From assembly GCF_016433145.1 (NCBI RefSeq), contig NC_058130.1:149589596-149653595 (forward strand): DNA of 64,000 nucleotides. Reading direction: 5' to 3'. A program made the translations under genes and the position numbers. Source of the stretch: Gracilinanus agilis. Its lineage: Eukaryota. Below are positions 1 through 11,549 of this stretch, piece by piece (the first letter of the stretch is position 1; every line of letters starts with the position of its first letter). Below the pieces are notes generated by a model, which searched no databases, was not told the DNA's origin, and was given only the letters and a program-made list of their open reading frames with translations.

Positions 1-120
1 TGTGACCCTGGGCAAGTCGCTTAAACTCCATTGCCTAACCTTTACCACTCTTCTGCCTTGGAACCAATACATAATATTAATTCCAAGATGGAAGGTAAGG
101 GTTTAAAAAAAAGGAAAAAA
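1..120 (+). mobile_element. 3' half of marsupial CORE-type SINE (SINE1-like)
   Basis: tgtgaccctgggcaagtc...ttaccactcttctgccttggaaccaatac...gaaggtaagggtttaaaaaa tail; the same element recurs at 33705, 40486 and 57371. Confidence 0.8.
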
Positions 121-235
121 ATATAATTAAAAGCAGTTTGTTAATAAAATGGGAGTTTTGGAGAGTATAGTGGGAAAGGGGTGAAGGAATATGGATGAAA
201 TGGATCGATATGAGAATTCTGAGTTACACATCTTT

Positions 236-473
236 TCATATTTTCCTCAAATACAACTTTCTGGTCAGGAGTTTTTCCACACCCTGCTTTACTTCCTTGT
301 TCCTCAGGCTATAAATGATAGGGTTTAGCATTGGAGTCACTATCCCATAGGACAGTCCAATGAGTTCATCAGATGTCTTAGTGTCCTTTGACTGGGGCTT
401 CATATACATGAAAAGAGCTGAACCATAGAACAAGATTACCACAGTAAGATGGGCTGAGCAGGTGGAAAAGGCT
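236..473 (-). CDS. 3' end (TM6-TM7) of an OR13D-like olfactory receptor, cut by the assembly gap at 474
   Basis: Reads [26 protein letters not shown]...[16 protein letters not shown] to a stop. Homology ends exactly at the N. C-terminus and 3' flank differ from the gene at 750-1691, so it is a separate paralog; intactness cannot be judged. Confidence 0.85.
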
Positions 474-474
474 N
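474..474. other. Assembly gap / contig join (single N)
   Basis: n at 474, with OR coding sequence on one side and unrelated flank on the other. Confidence 0.95.
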
Positions 475-749
475 TTATGGTTGAACAATTTGTTGAATAT
501 GTGCTGAAGTTTTTTTAAGGTTTGAGTTGTATTAATTCGCCTCTAATATTCCTTTGAACCTTTGTATTCTATGATTCCAGAAAATATGTTATAGATGTTT
601 AGGAAATGTTTGTTTGAAAGAATGAATACACAAATATATTTTACATTATCTAGAAAATGTAAATACTTTAAAGTATTCTGATAATTTTATTATATCTATT
701 AGGCAATTAAAAACAAAATACAAAGGAATACACCAAGATAAAAAACATT

Positions 750-1691
750 TTACTTTCTCCTCAGATACAGATTTTTCATAAGGACTTTCTCTACACCCTG
801 TTTTACCTCATTGTTCCTCAGGCTATAAATGATAGGGTTCAGCATGGGGGTCACTACCCAGTAACTCAGGCCAATGAGTTCATCAGATGTCTTAGTATCC
901 TTTGACTGGGGCTTCATATACATGAAAAGGGCTGAACCATAGAACAAGATTACCACAGTAAGATGGGCTGAGCAGGTGGAAAAGGCTTTCTTCCTCCCCT
1001 CACTGGAGTTGATCCTCAGGATGGTGGAGAGGATGAAGACATAGGAGAAGAAAATGAGCAGCAAAGGGAAGACTAAAAAAAAGAAATTCCCAATTGTCAT
1101 GACAAACACATTGAGGGAGATGTCTCCACAAATAAGCTTGAGAAGAGCCAGGATCTCACAGGTGAGATGGTCAATGATGTTGTTACAGAAAGGTCTCATC
1201 ATAGCCAGCAGGGTGAGCAGCAGAGAATACAGAAAGCCTGATGCCCAGGTCCAAGTTGCCATCTGGACACAAAGTCCTTTATTCATGATAATGGTGTATC
1301 TCAGGGGATTACAGATGGCAACATACCTGTCAAAAGCCATCACAGCCAGAAGCACACACTCTGTGCACCCCAAGCCCAGAGAAATCACCATCTGTAAGGC
1401 ACATCCAGTGAAGGAAATGGATTTCCTCACAGACATGAAGTTCACGAGCATTGGAGGAATAGAGGAGGACGTATAACAAATATCCAGGAAGGAAAGATTC
1501 CCAAGGAAAAAGTACATGGGCGTGTGAAGACGGGGATCCTGGATGCTGATTATAATGAGGATGCTGTTTCCTAAAATGATCACCAGATACATGACTAGGC
1601 AGAGAATGTAAAGAGATATCTGGAGACTTGGGTACTGAGAAAGTCCAATCAGAAAAAATTCAGTCACTGCTGTGTAATTCCCCTTGTCCAT
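750..1691 (-). CDS. OR13D1: Olfactory receptor, OR13D1-like, 313 aa
   Basis: Intact intronless ORF with [34 protein letters not shown] and [35 protein letters not shown] and SDELIGLSY are recognisably OR13D-type. One-to-one orthology not established. Confidence 0.92.
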   Translation of the reverse strand: MDKGNYTAVTEFFLIGLSQYPSLQISLYILCLVMYLVIILGNSILIIISIQDPRLHTPMYFFLGNLSFLDICYTSSSIPPMLVNFMSVRKSISFTGCALQMVISLGLGCTECVLLAVMAFDRYVAICNPLRYTIIMNKGLCVQMATWTWASGFLYSLLLTLLAMMRPFCNNIIDHLTCEILALLKLICGDISLNVFVMTIGNFFFLVFPLLLIFFSYVFILSTILRINSSEGRKKAFSTCSAHLTVVILFYGSALFMYMKPQSKDTKTSDELIGLSYWVVTPMLNPIIYSLRNNEVKQGVEKVLMKNLYLRRK

Positions 1692-1710
1692 GTTATTGCA
1701 TCTGGGTCAC

Positions 1711-1760
1711 CTGTATGACTTAGGCCAGGACATATCTAAAAGAAGTTGCAATTGAATAAA
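1711..1760 (-). promoter_or_regulatory. Predicted 3' splice acceptor(s) of the OR coding exon
   Basis: Minus strand caacttcttttAG (1737-1736) and catacAG (1712-1711), 20-45 nt before the ATG; both conserved in the paralog near 22722-22750. Confidence 0.45.
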
Positions 1761-3022
1761 AGTGATTATTTGCATTTCTAATAACATATAGTAGTTTCTT
1801 CTATTGTCTTATATTCTGCAAACCAGGGTATGTGGGGAGGGAAATGAAGAAATGTTGCCACAGAGAACATGTTATTCTGGGTATGACAAGAAAATAAGGA
1901 TATTAAATAAAAAATGTTGATAGTTAAACATATTTACATTTGGCACTTAGTGGTTTGCAAAATAGTTTTATATTCTTTCATCTTATTTGATTTTGATTTC
2001 TGGAGGGAGATATGTGTTCAGATCTTGCCTCTGGCATTATTTAAATGTATGAACACGGGCAAGTCATATAACTTCTCAATGAGTTAAGGAAATATCCCAA
2101 ATTTATGACAGACAATTGACCAATCTGTGTTATTATGGAATATTTATGGAATGGGATTTTCTCACACATTTTCTGATATCTTTACCAACATTTCTAAGAT
2201 CATCTCCATCACCTAAAAATTGTTATAATTAGCAAGTATTATGTAAGGTACCGTAGGTCCCACAACCATTAAGTTTCACTGTCAAGACTGGAACACAGAT
2301 CATTTGGCTAAAGCAGCACAACAGAGTGGTTGGCATATGGTAAGGATGTGTTAACTTATTTTTTACAGTCAATTATTCATTCACTCACACCAATTCAGGT
2401 TTTATACTTCAACTTTCCCTTTAAAATGGTAATATAGAAGACCTAAAGTAAACATCATATGTTCCCATGTCATCACTGAATAAGGGTAAAACATAAATAC
2501 AAATTATAGCCTTTTTTTGCTGAATACTTACATTAAGTTGGTTCAAATGGGTTCAATCTTTTTTATGATCTAAATAAAACATTCCCATAAGAGATTTCTC
2601 AGTTTTTCTCCTCTCCATCTTAAAATTTCTCCATATAATTTCCTTTTATTTTCTCATTTGTGAACACACATTCCTATTGCTTGATAAAATTAACCTCTCA
2701 ATCACTATTCTTAACCCAATTCTTTTCCAGAACTTTGCCCTAGAAATTATTCCTATTCCTTTCAATTGTTCCTTCTCCATAAACTCCTTCCTCCTTACAC
2801 ATTTATTCAAGTCTTCTTTTTCTCTAAAAGAAAATTTCTCTCTTGATCACACTATATCCCTTAATCTTTTTTCTTTTATAGCTAAATTTCTTTAAAAGCT
2901 ACCTTTTCAATTTACTCATCATTCATTTATTCTGTACTTCCTTTTAATCTGGTTTCTTTCTTCATTCTATCAAAGCTTTGCTCTTCCTTCCATATGCTAC
3001 AGCAAACACAATTTTTATTTAC

Positions 3023-3090
3023 CTTTCAGTGTGAAATCCAGAGCTCCTTGTCTATTTGGGCCAAGCTGCTTAGCTGGTTATTCCACCTTT
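3023..3090 (-). other. Predicted 5'UTR exon of the OR13D-like gene
   Basis: Minus strand tttcttgtttAG|aaaggtgg...ctgaaag|GTaaat; sequence prediction only. Confidence 0.3.
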
Positions 3091-3779
3091 CTAAACAAGA
3101 AACTATTTTAAAGATATTTCCAATAATACCACAGTTCTCTGAGACAGCACCAAGCACATTTCTCCCTGTCTCTCATCATCTCCACAACTTCAATATGGAT
3201 GCAAATTACTTTAATAAAGTTTGTTTACATAACTTTCTTCTTAGATGATACTTAATCTATAGGATAGGAAAAAAGGGTTGGATTCTTATAATTTAAATAT
3301 AAAACTATTTCAAGATATTGCTAGACTTAAGAGAATGTTGTCCCTTCCACCTGAATGCCAGGACATTAATTAGAGAAGAGAGCAGCAGTTTTTTTTCCAT
3401 ATGAACTAAGTGTTTGCTTTAACCCTCAGTCTGTAGATCATGGAAAGTTCAACCATTGGCCTTAGATGCCAACTTAACTACCCTCTTCATTGCACTGCAT
3501 TGAACCCCAGTGTTCCTTAGAGACTTTATGTATTCCCTGAAGCAATTTAAAATTGCATGTAGGAACTATCTGGAAGTTAACAACTTTAGGATGCTTCATA
3601 TAAAATGTCATCAGTCTAATTACACAAAGTTTATCATGCTACTTTAATTGATGCCACATTAGATAAAATTCAAAAGACTCTAGCAAGAGGCTGACACAAT
3701 TATCTGGGTCATCAAGTCCAATTCCCCACATTTCTTTGACTTTTATAAGAAGAGAATGCTGGTTTTTTTCTCCCCCACC

Positions 3780-4620
3780 ACATCCATCACCTTGGTGCTG
3801 TCATTACCTCATTCTAGACTCTAACATTTGTCTGCTGTTGGACTCTCAACCTTGAATCTTTCTCCATTCCAATCATTCTTCAGTCAGTTATCAAAGTGAT
3901 CTTCCTAAAACTCAGATCTGCTCATATTATTTTCCTCTTCAATAGATTCCAGGATGAAATGTAAAACTCTCTGTTTGGCTTTTAAAGCCCTCCACAAGCT
4001 GATCCCTTCCTATATTTCACATCTTATTACATGCTATTCTTCCTCCATATACTCTGCAGGCCAATGACACTGGCCTCTTTGATCTTCCTCTCACAAGACA
4101 CCCTATTTTTTGGCTAAGTATTTTCTCCAGCCCTCTGTCATGCCTGGAACACTCTTTCTAATATCCACCAACTAGTTTCTTAGTTTTCCTATTTTCTTTA
4201 ATCATTAACCTCCTGTCTTAGAATCAATACTGTATATTGTTTCCAAGACAGGAGAGCTGTATGGGCTGGGGCTAAGGGTTAAGTGACTTACCCAGGATCA
4301 CACAGCTATGAAGTACCTGAGGTCAAATTTGAAACTAGGACTTGCAATCTCTAGGCCTGACTCTCAATCCACTGAGCCACCTTTCTTATTTTCCATCAAG
4401 TCTCAGCTGTAGTCTTGCTTTCTTCAAGAAGCCTTTCTCAGTCCTTCCTTATTCTAGTAATCCCCCAATATATCCCGCATATATTGTGCTTGTACATATT
4501 TATTTTTACCCTCCCCTACCATTACACTGTGAGTAGAGATTGAGATTGCTTTTTTACCTTTGAATCCCCAGGGCTTAGCACATAGAAGCACTTAACAAAT
4601 GCTCATTAAATGTCCAATAA
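3780..4620 (+). mobile_element. Degraded L2-type LINE 3' fragments
   Basis: catgcctggaacactc and ccccagggcttagcacatagaagcacttaacaaatgctc are L2 3'-end-like motifs; interrupted by a SINE. Confidence 0.5.
4195..4383 (-). mobile_element. SINE1-like element (paralog at about 23310-23490)
   Basis: Reverse complement of the SINE consensus seen at 33705; present in both units, so it predates the duplication. Confidence 0.75.
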
Positions 4621-4949
4621 CTGACAGATATAGAGCATTCTAAATCAGAATTGTCACCATCTATACAATTAGGTCCCTTGCCAGCTCCATACATATAATA
4701 GGTATGCACACCAATATCTACTGTGACGCGAGCTCAATTCCTATTCCAGTTTTAGCCTCTCAAAATCTTTGATCATGGGAGAGACTGGCCCATAATTTTC
4801 CTATAATGAAGAATAGAGTGATGTAAGTTTATTATAGAATACTCAGATTGACTTAGGTTGCTTCTGATAGAATGACTAGCTCTGATGAGTGGGGACTCAT
4901 TCATGTCAACTTAAAGGGAGATAGAGTGGCTTTTTATTTGTTTTTCTTT

Positions 4950-5160
4950 TCTTTTTAAAAAAAAACTCTTACTTTCTGTCCTAAAATAAATACAAAGGAT
5001 TGGTTCCAAAGGCAGAAGTGAGGTGAAGGCTAGGTATTTGGAGTTAAGTGACTTGCTACAGGGGTCACAGAGTTAGAAGTGTTTGGGGTCATATTTGAAT
5101 CCAGGACCTCCCATCTCCAGGCCTGACTCTTTATGTATTGGGTCATGTAGCTACCCCTAA
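4950..5160 (-). mobile_element. SINE1-like element (paralog at about 24060-24268)
   Basis: aaaaaactcttactttctgtc...aagtgacttgc...tttgaatccaggacctccc; present in both units. Confidence 0.7.
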
Positions 5161-5425
5161 ACAGAGTTGTAAAATAGGTCTCAAGTAACCAAACTTTCTT
5201 TCTCATATTTTTCTTAGCATTTTTATCAATGACTTTGGTATTTTTTTCCATGTGTAAATAAGAGAGCTAGGATGGAGAGCTAATACACTGTTTTACAGAA
5301 CTGAGATTCAAAAAAATCTTTATGGGTTCATTAATGGGTTTTCTTATCAACTCTTATTTCCAGGACTTTACTTTTGGTATAGTGGGCTGGTTCTGGGGTT
5401 GGATCAAAAGCTTTGAGAATCTCAC

Positions 5426-5562
5426 CCTTTTGGCAACTGGAAGAAGTAGATGAAAAGGACAAAGAGGGAGGCTTCATCCACAATTGGAGACTGTAATTAT
5501 GGTAGTTGAGCCAGAAGAACCACAAACTCAAAGATCATAACTCAGATGATGAAGACTATAGA
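5426..5562 (-). other. Predicted 5'UTR exon of the OR13D-like gene
   Basis: Minus strand gtcacttccttttAG|tctatag...gccaaaagg|GTgaga, 137 nt; sequence prediction only. Confidence 0.4.
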
Positions 5563-6145
5563 CTAAAAGGAAGTGACACAGGATGCCACCTGACAAGCAT
5601 TTTTATAATGAGAGAATTTATTTTTACTATGTTGAATTATTTTTATTTCTGAGTTCTGAATTGAGACTTAGATCTGTCCCTTGGACTCATTCCTTTGATC
5701 CTAGGATATTCGAGGAATGCCCCACTCTGGAGCATCTTCTACTGTAGGAAGAAAAGTGAGATCATGAGTTCTATATTTCTTGGTAAACAGAAATCAATTT
5801 AGGTCATGTATGTCTATAAGCAGTAGAACAGAGTCCTTGAATCTTGCATCATGGAGAAGTATTGAACAAAGTCATTCCTACACAGGCAGAATTTGATTTC
5901 TTTTCCTAGATGTTGAGAGCATGGGATCAAGTATGTGACTGTCAACTATCCATCAAGGAATCAGTTAGGGACTGAGAGAATGATGGATCATCTCTTCATT
6001 GGTCATTCACCAATTTGAGATGTCTTGGGACATCTAGGGAAGGTCTGAAAATGAACTTCCAAACTTGTATTTAATGATGTGTAGAACTTCATGATCTTTG
6101 ATCACCAAGAGATCACTAGCCTAATCAATACATTTATTTTCTTAC

Positions 6146-6600
6146 CTGGAAGCTAGTCTCTTAAAATTCTTAATTGTCACCCTAAAGAAGAAAAGACCAA
6201 AGAGTCTTTGTACCTTTTCTCTTTTTATATAAGTAAATCCTTCTTAGAAATTATCCTCCATTCAATCCAAAGACAAGAGGCGTATGCTCCATGGTGTTTA
6301 ATTTTTAAAACTTTTCCATTCTTGTTTTTGCTACTTGACTACTAGAACAGACAGTCTTAGTTTGTTTATTGTATTTTAATTCTCTTGATGCATGTGACGA
6401 ATAGAAACTAGTTAGAATTCTAAAAGGATATCTAAGCCATCTTAACACCCTGAAAACCTGGGCTATATTCTTGAAGACTTATCACCCTGGATGCATATGT
6501 ATCTGTGTCTTCTAGTTTCTTTTAATAAAATCCTACTGGTCTGAATTGAGCAAGAAGTGGTCTTTTTTATTGTGACATGACTATTTAATGTATGCTATCA
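6146..6600 (-). promoter_or_regulatory. Predicted promoter and first non-coding exon of the OR13D-like gene
   Basis: Minus strand TATATAAAAA (6231-6222), a pyrimidine-rich start region about 25-30 nt downstream, then a strong donor ccag|GTAAGA at 6146/6145; weak O/E-like CCCTGG/CCTGGG motifs upstream. Confidence 0.45.
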
Positions 6601-6789
6601 TATATAGGTCATAGAGATTAAAAACTGCTATGTACTGAGAGATAAGGGGCTCATGTGAGAGGCTGCATGTGTACATACATGCATACACATATATGTAGAC
6701 ACATACATATATGTACAATGTGCTTGTATGGTCATGAAAGGTTCTTACTCCACTCTGCTCTTGTTGATCAATGGTTCAGTTATTCAGTC

Positions 6790-7010
6790 TTATCTTGCCC
6801 TTCTTGACCCAATGTACTAACTGTCCATAGGGTTTTCTTGATAAATATACTGAAGTGGTTCACCATTTCTCTCCAGGTTTATATAGGGAAGGGTTAAATG
6901 GCTTCCCCAAGGTTTTACAGTTTGTAAGTATGTGAGGTCAGATTTGAACTCTGGTCCTCTGTTTCCAGGTCCAGGACTCTATCCTCTGCACCACTTTGTT
7001 ACCATCCACT
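6790..7010 (-). mobile_element. Mar1/MIR-related CORE-SINE (paralog about 26200-26430)
   Basis: gggttttcttg...gaagtggtt...aagtatgtgaggtcagatttgaactc pattern. Confidence 0.6.
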
Positions 7011-7235
7011 AATAGGTAATGGTTTCTCAATGATGAATTTGCCAGTTTCTAGTACCTCCCCCCAACTTTTTTTAAAAAACAGAACTAAAAATGTCAGAAG
7101 CATACAAGGAAGGCAACTAAAATGACCTTTTATTCATATTTTATATACTTTATGGACACATTACCTTCCCCATAGAATGTGAATACGTTGCAATGATGGT
7201 TTTCTTTATATATTTTAATATTCTAGCACCTAACC

Positions 7236-7581
7236 TGGTGATGGCATGTGTGTCAGCACTGATACGTGTAGCCATTTTCGATGACACGCAGTCTCATGTG
7301 GCTGCATACACAGAAGTATGGAGCTCTATGCTGAGGATGAAACGTCTGCTGTAGTATAGTGTAGACACATTCTGTGCACTATAGATGACAATTCTACCTA
7401 TATTAATTTACCTATTTTGGTTTATTAAATACAGTTACATATTACAATTATAAATTTCTGTTATTTAAACTCTAAGTATCACAAAATTGTGATTTTTTTC
7501 TCAAAGTGACACACCACCTGAGTTATGCTCTTTTTTTGGGCGAATTTTGACAAACCAAGCTCAAAAGGTTGCCCATCACTG
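7236..7581. mobile_element. Non-autonomous hAT (Charlie-type) DNA transposon, 346 bp
   Basis: Right TIR aggttgcccatcactg and decayed left TIR tggtgatgg; 8-bp TSD acctaacc/acttaacc; empty site in unit B near 27550. Confidence 0.88.
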
Positions 7582-8340
7582 ACTTAACCCAATGTCCAAT
7601 CCATAGTAGACATGTAATAAAGATTGCAGGTGGTCTGATCAATGGAAAATGTCTGGATCCATAGCTGAATGGATACAGACAGATAAGTGATGAAAGTGCA
7701 CCAGCAGATGAAAAGGTAATATTGGGGAAACCTTTACTTAGACCACATTCTTTATCCTGACCATAAGGTTAATTCTTTTTCTAGTCCTTCTTTTGCTGAC
7801 CTCAACCAGCCTCTTTCATTCTCTTTATAAGGGTCGAGGACATAGTAGGAAAACAATCTTTAGCCCCTGATATAGCATTGAAAAGTGAACTCACATCATC
7901 CAGAAGATAAGATGGGGGAAATGGTTTTGATTTCATCCCATTGGTACATTGTCTTGAGCAAAAAACTATGATAATATTATGAGGGAAGTCACTGGGAGAT
8001 AGCAAGGTATTGGTGAACTACTGAATCAGGGCAAGACTCACAAAAAAGCTTTACATATGGGCAAGAAATCATTGAATTTGGGCAGAGGTCCAAATTTTGA
8101 ACTGCTTTTTCTGCAAAAATTCAGGTATCATGGGAAATTTGTCATCAGAAATTCATATAAAAATTGGAGTCTGATGGTTCAGCTTCAGGACTTTTGTTAT
8201 TCTCATATTTGAAACTCTTTTCTTAAAAATAGAAAAAAAAGACAAGACCCAAGACATCTAAATAAAATACTAACTCAACTTTCATCTTGCTTATGTTAGA
8301 GTCATAGATACAAGGGGAATAATTACCAAGACTAAGAATG

Positions 8341-9282
8341 TCATAGGCCCCTCATGAATGCTAATCTTTTTAGCACATTTCTCATAGCTGCATTCACTTC
8401 CTTGTTCCGCAGGCTATAGATGATGGGGTTCAGCATGGGGGTCACAACTGAATAGAACAATGTTATAAATTTGTCTGCAATTGAACTTTTGGACCTGGGC
8501 TTCATATACATGAAGAGAATTGTCCCATAAAACACAGTCACCACAGTCAAGTGTGATGAGCAAGTAGAAAAGGCTTTTTTCCTTCCTTCTGCAGAATTAA
8601 TTCTCAGGATGGCAGAGAGAATAAAAATATAGGAGATAATAATTAACAATAATGCGGAGAATCCCAATGTTATGCTGTCTATTAACAAAACAATCTCATT
8701 CAAGGAAATGTCCACACAGACCAGCTTTAGGAGGGCTAAGATTTCACAAACAAAATGATTAATTATATTTTCCCCACAAAAGGGCAGCCCAATTGCAAGA
8801 GCTGTTTCCAAAGCTGAATCAAGAAAACCTACAACCCAGGAAATAACCACCAGTTGCACACAGAGTCTCTTATTCATGATTACAGGGTATCTGAGAGGAT
8901 TACAGATGGCTACATACCTATCAAACGCCATTGTAGCAAGAAGCACGCATTCTGTGGAGCCCATGGCCAAGGAAATATACATTTGGATCATACACCCATA
9001 GAAGGAGATGGTTTTTGTTTCTGAGGAGAAGTTGGTCAACATTTTGGGGATGAAAGAAGATGTAAAACAGATATCTAAGAAGGAGAGACTACTGAGGAAA
9101 AAATACATTGGTGTGTGAAGGTGACTATTGAGGAGAGTCAGAACAATTATAATACTATTTCCCATTAGAATAACCATGTACATTACTAGACATAAAATAA
9201 AGATGAGCATTTCAGTCTTTGGGTAATCTGAAAATCCCAGTAAAACAAACTCTTTCCTGGATGTCCAGTTGACTCCTTCCAT
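8341..9282 (-). CDS. Olfactory receptor, OR13 family, 313 aa
   Basis: Intact ORF with N-glycosylation site [38 protein letters not shown] and [12 protein letters not shown]; acceptor caacAG 15 nt before the ATG. Confidence 0.93.
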   Translation of the reverse strand: MEGVNWTSRKEFVLLGFSDYPKTEMLIFILCLVMYMVILMGNSIIIVLTLLNSHLHTPMYFFLSSLSFLDICFTSSFIPKMLTNFSSETKTISFYGCMIQMYISLAMGSTECVLLATMAFDRYVAICNPLRYPVIMNKRLCVQLVVISWVVGFLDSALETALAIGLPFCGENIINHFVCEILALLKLVCVDISLNEIVLLIDSITLGFSALLLIIISYIFILSAILRINSAEGRKKAFSTCSSHLTVVTVFYGTILFMYMKPRSKSSIADKFITLFYSVVTPMLNPIIYSLRNKEVNAAMRNVLKRLAFMRGL

Positions 9283-9786
9283 TGTACTTTATTTTACCTG
9301 TTGCAATTCATACAGAAAAGAACAGGTGCTTAGTGACTCCATGCTTAGACTTCATGCAGCAGGTGGTGTCATGGGCATCTCAGGAATGAGAATCATTCCT
9401 TACAAAGAAGTGAACCTAAGAGGAAGAGATGTGTGGATGAGGAACAGTAAGAAACTAGTTGGTTGCATTGTAGATATAGATAAATAAATAAACAAAATTT
9501 TATACTCACATATATTCACTGAAAATACAAATATTTAGAGACTGTACTCTGGTTTTGTACAGGTCACATGGTGAATGGGGGAGAATGAAGCCTATATTTG
9601 AATTATTATGAAATATATTTTTACCTATATATCCTGAAGTAGGGACCAATTTCCAGATCTATCCATGGTTAGGCTAGATTTTTGTAATGGATGCAGCAAG
9701 ACCAATTTCTAGAATGATAGAATTCAGAGGACTTGACAAATGAACAATATTATCCCATTTCTCCTTTTGAGCTTTATAGTCTAACT

Positions 9787-9974
9787 CAGTTCCCAAACTT
9801 TTTTGGTCTACTGCCCCCTTTCCAGAAAAATATTACTTAGCCCCCTGGAAATTAATTTTTAAAAATTTTAATAGCAATTAATAGGAAAGATAAATGCATC
9901 TGTGGCCATTACCACCCTCCTGGATCACTGCAGCACCCACCAGGGGGCAGTAGCGCCCACTTTGTGAATCATTG
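9787..9974. mobile_element. Non-autonomous hAT MITE, 188 bp
   Basis: Ends cagttcccaaac...tttgtgaatcattg; perfect 8-bp TSD gtctaact (9779-9786, 9975-9982); absent from unit B near 30727. Confidence 0.9.
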
Positions 9975-11464
9975 GTCTAACTAAATGATATTCTTTGAGT
10001 CTAAATTAATAGTTAGGATGTGGAGACAATAAAATTTAATTAAATGATAGTTAACTTTTCCTTTCTTCTTATTTCCTAGAATCAACAGAAAAATCTCCTT
10101 TGTAATTCATTTCTAGCGAAAATGACTTCTTTGCCAGGTTAATGGATACAAACATTTCCATTCAGTATTCTAACTATATCAGAACAGGCTTTTATCTCCA
10201 TACCAAAACTTAGATGCATTATTTCCATACAGAATATAATCTTCTATTATAGATATTTATGTAAACTCCTAAGGGTCAGGGTCTGTGTCCCTGCAAGTTT
10301 TAACTCTTTCAATGCAAAATATAATGTCTTACATTATAGGAAATCCTTAATAAATGCTTGTTGAATTGAAGACAAACATTCTACCCAACCTAACTTAACT
10401 TCTAATGCCCCTTTTCAGAGACTGGAAGGGAACTGTGTTCAGATATATAGATAATAGGCTCTCAGAAATTCCATATTGGTAAAATGTAACAACCTTTAAT
10501 GTCTTTTCCTTCTTTGTTTTATCTTTATTTATCATTGTTGATGACTTATTCCTTCTTGTAATTCTCCCATGTTTGCATTTCTGACAAATTTTGGATGTCA
10601 TATTACTTATTTATATACTTTTCAATTTCATTTTTTGAGTTAATCATCCCTCTCTCATTAACCAAATTATGATAGTCTTCAAAACTTTTTCTTTAGTCTT
10701 GTCTTTTTAAATCTTCTTGCTAAACTCTCTCCCTTTGACCATCTTATCTATTTCCACAGATTCCATGTCATCCATATGCACCTGTTCCCTGTTACATGAA
10801 ACATTTAGTCTCAAATATTTCCCATATCTTTATCTACTCATTGGAATTCTCCCTGTAGTGTGGACCAATACTTCAAATGAAACATTTCAAACATTATGAC
10901 CCCCTCAATTGCACTAATACCCTTCTAGTCAACCAGGTTCAGGGCCTCCTATGGCACATTCGACCCTTCCAAATCCTTTACTCAAATCCCATCAGATGCT
11001 CAGTGTTGTTAATTTTTTGTCAGTCATTTATCTCTTTTCCACTTATATGTTTAGCTTACTAGTGGACACTCTTATCATTTTTAGGTGTGGCTATTTTAAT
11101 AGCTTTCTCACTCATCATCCTGCCTTTTGTCCCTCTTCTCCAATCCACCTTTTATGAACTAACAAAATATTTCCATTTGCTGAATTCTGACTCTATGATT
11201 TAGGTTTAAAAAGTTCCCCTATTCCTTTTAAGTAAAACCATGGCCTATCCAGTCTGGCATTTAAGACCCTCCACAATTGACACAGCTAGGTGATAAAATG
11301 AATAGAATGCCAGGCTTCCTGAGGTCAAATCTGGCTTCTGACATTTAGTAGCTTTGTGACTATGGGCAAGTCATTTAACCCTATTTGCCTTAGTTTCCTA
11401 AACTGTAAAATGATCTGGAGAACTAAATGGCAAATTACTACAGAATCTTTGTCAAGAAATCCCC

Positions 11465-11549
11465 TATGTGTGACCCTGGGCAAGTCATTTGACCCCTATT
11501 GCCTACCCTTACCACTTCCAAAATGGAAGGTAAGGTTTAAAAAAAATAA
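11465..11549 (+). mobile_element. 5'-truncated SINE1-like element inserted in a Mar1/MIR copy (about 11280-11650)
   Basis: 11-bp TSD aagaaatcccc (11454-11464, 11550-11560); empty site in unit B near 32240. Confidence 0.8.

Noticed and set aside
236-473. Calling the first OR fragment a pseudogene
   Set aside because: The truncation coincides with an assembly N, so the gene may be intact
1054-1476. 140-aa plus-strand ORF (and the 78-aa ORF at 29712-29948)
   Set aside because: Antisense shadows of OR coding sequence with no independent motifs
5331-5531. 66-aa ORF nearly identical to 24443-24643
   Set aside because: Starts from a non-ATG codon and lies in the high-identity tract; better explained as UTR exon plus intron
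9269-9487. 72-aa ORF conserved with 30216-30434, as a possible divergent micro-gene
   Set aside because: Conservation is explained by the duplication and local high identity; it overlaps the OR start antisense
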